Assembly (NCBI GenBank): GCA_035285545.1
Contig: JAYKGY010000019.1
Location: forward strand, 64,001-128,000
DNA length: 64,000 nt
Direction of reading: 5' to 3'
Source of the DNA: Snowella sp.
GTDB lineage: Bacteria > Cyanobacteriota > Cyanobacteriia > Cyanobacteriales > Microcystaceae
Shown: positions 62,239 through 64,000 of the stretch, in pieces
Position numbering within the stretch: position 1 is the first letter of the stretch
Layout: each line of letters starts with the position of its first letter
Translations under genes and position numbers: made by a program
The notes under the pieces: model-generated
What the model was told of the DNA's origin: nothing
What the model saw: the letters and a program-made list of their open reading frames with translations, nothing else
Databases searched by the model: none

Positions 62239-63897
62239 ATGAAAATCGCGATCGCTCAATTAAATCCCACCATTGGAGATATTCAAAATAACGCGCAAGA
62301 AATTCTCAAAGCGGCTCAAGTAGCCAGTGAACAAGGAGCCGATTTACTATTAACCCCTGAATTATCGCTGTGTGGCTATCCCCCTAAAGACTTATTGCTG
62401 AATCCCAGTTTTGTCCAATTATTAGCTGTTGAACTCGATCATTTAGCCCAACAATTACCCCCGAATTTAACTGTTTTAGTGGGAACAGTCGATAACAACA
62501 ATCAGGCAAATTTAAAAGGAGAAAAAGCTTTATTTAACAGTATTGCTTTATTATATCAAGGCAAAATTCAAACCTATTTCCATAAGCGATTATTACCAAC
62601 CTATGATGTCTTTGATGAAGACCGCTATTTTGAATCGGGTAAAGAAAGCCATATTTTTACGATTAAAAATATCAAAATTGGGGTGACGATTTGCGAAGAT
62701 TTATGGAATGAAGCGAGTTTTTGGAATGTTCGTCGTTACGAGATTAATCCGGTTGATGACTTAGTGGCTTTACACAGTCAATTAATAATTAATTTATCGG
62801 CTTCTCCCTACACGGTGAATAAACAAAAATTACGAGAATCGATGGCTTACCATATTGTTAAACGCTATCAAATTCCCTTGATCTATGTGAATCAAATTGG
62901 GGGAAATGATGACTTAATTTTTGATGGTAATAGTTTTGCGGTTAATCGACAGGGAGAAGTGGTCGGTCGCGCTCAAGCATTTAAACCGGATCTGTTTTTT
63001 CTAGACGTTAACGAACAACGTCCCGATATTTTACCGACCCAAATTCAGCCTTTACCCACCTGTGAAGAAGCCGAGCTTTTTAATGCGTTGGTTTTAGGAG
63101 TCAAAGATTACGTCAAAAAATGCGGTTTTTCCCGTGTAATTTTGGGATTAAGCGGGGGAATTGATTCTTCTTTGGTGGCGGCGATCGCGACTGAAGCGGT
63201 GGGAGCCAATCAGGTATTGGGGGTTTTAATGCCTTCGCCCTACAGTTCCGCCCACTCTATTGCCGATGCCGAAGCGTTGGTGAACAATTTAGGCATTCAA
63301 AGCTATTTATTACCGATTGGTGACCTGATGAAAACCTATGATCAGGTCTTAGACCCCCTCTTTGCAGGAACAGAGTTTGGTATTGCCGAAGAAAATTTAC
63401 AGTCTCGTATTCGGGGTAATCTGCTGATGGCGATCGCCAATAAATTTGGTCATTTATTACTATCTACGGGCAATAAATCGGAAATGGCGGTGGGTTACTG
63501 CACCCTTTACGGCGATATGAATGGCGGACTGGCTGTGATTGCAGATATCCCTAAAATGCGGGTGTTTTCTCTCTGTCGTTGGCTCAACCGCGATCGCGAA
63601 ATTATTCCCCCCTCGGTATTGACCAAACCTCCTAGTGCTGAACTCAAACCCGGTCAAGTGGATCAAGATTCCCTGCCACCCTATGAAATTCTCGATGATA
63701 TTTTGGATCGTCTGATTCATCAACACCAATCTGCCCGCCAACTTATTGCCGCGGGGTTTGAGCCTGATACGGTGCATAAAGTGAGTAAACTGGTAAGTCG
63801 TGCGGAATTTAAACGGAAGCAAGCCCCACCAGGGTTAAAAGTAACCGATCGCGCCTTTGGAACAGGGTGGAGAATGCCCATTGCCAGTCGTTGGTAA
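62239..63897 (+). CDS. nadE: Glutamine-dependent NAD+ synthetase
   Basis: Nitrilase domain (TPEL, K, ICEDLW) plus GLSGGIDS, ENLQSR.RG, TGNKSE, PPSAEL. Confidence 0.96.
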   Translation: MKIAIAQLNPTIGDIQNNAQEILKAAQVASEQGADLLLTPELSLCGYPPKDLLLNPSFVQLLAVELDHLAQQLPPNLTVLVGTVDNNNQANLKGEKALFNSIALLYQGKIQTYFHKRLLPTYDVFDEDRYFESGKESHIFTIKNIKIGVTICEDLWNEASFWNVRRYEINPVDDLVALHSQLIINLSASPYTVNKQKLRESMAYHIVKRYQIPLIYVNQIGGNDDLIFDGNSFAVNRQGEVVGRAQAFKPDLFFLDVNEQRPDILPTQIQPLPTCEEAELFNALVLGVKDYVKKCGFSRVILGLSGGIDSSLVAAIATEAVGANQVLGVLMPSPYSSAHSIADAEALVNNLGIQSYLLPIGDLMKTYDQVLDPLFAGTEFGIAEENLQSRIRGNLLMAIANKFGHLLLSTGNKSEMAVGYCTLYGDMNGGLAVIADIPKMRVFSLCRWLNRDREIIPPSVLTKPPSAELKPGQVDQDSLPPYEILDDILDRLIHQHQSARQLIAAGFEPDTVHKVSKLVSRAEFKRKQAPPGLKVTDRAFGTGWRMPIASRW

Positions 63898-64000
63898 GTC
63901 AGTCATTCTAATTCAACGGCTAAACAGTCATCGTCTTATTTAGCGGAAACCTATCCGTTATCATTCAATATCATTCAACCGCTTTAACCAAATTTCTGTT

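Larger units (their letters stand above)
640..63853. repeat. HIP1 octamer GCGATCGC dispersed through the window
   Basis: Seen repeatedly, e.g. 640, 1643, 11644, 15554; a hallmark of many cyanobacterial genomes. Confidence 0.95.

Noticed and set aside
1300..63822. Many 60-120 aa ORFs antisense to or nested in confident genes (e.g. 1300-1497, 3829-4080, 17614-17973, 63460-63822)
   Set aside because: They overlap well-supported genes and show no motifs; treated as shadow ORFs.
12114..63897. Functional link between the TIR (NADase) cassette and the nadD-nrtR-nadE operon
   Set aside because: They lie about 47 kb apart, separated by unrelated core genes; nothing supports a link beyond sharing the window.
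1..64000. CRISPR array, tRNA, rRNA, intact transposase or integrase
   Set aside because: None recognised by eye; a covariance-model scan could still find small RNAs.

Overview
This is a 64 kb chromosomal window from a unicellular beta-cyanobacterium. That call rests on dense HIP1 GCGATCGC octamers, ccmK3/K4, ndhR, ndhAIGE, ftrC and Tic22; a Synechocystis/Microcystis-like lineage is my inference. Most genes are core housekeeping (dnaA, mnmG, uvrC, aroA, prmC, rfbA/B, nadD-nrtR-nadE), interrupted by small accessory patches. The most unusual is a HIP1-free two-gene cassette (about 12.1-14.1 kb). It encodes a TIR domain fused to a methyltransferase carrying the motifs of methionine S-methyltransferase (plant MMT / bacterial MmtN type), followed by an unknown 157-aa protein and a 97-bp MITE-like element. 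The second candidate system is a DEDDh exonuclease-P-loop ATPase fusion plus an HTH/double-zinc-ribbon gene, immediately downstream of arsS. I also found a stand-alone tandem MshEN-like protein, orphan cysA and Rpn C-terminal fragments, a 47-aa ORF missing from the ORF track, and candidate NrtR, NdhR, NtcA and antitoxin operators. I recognised no rRNA, tRNA or CRISPR array. All family calls come from motif recognition by eye; no database searches were run.
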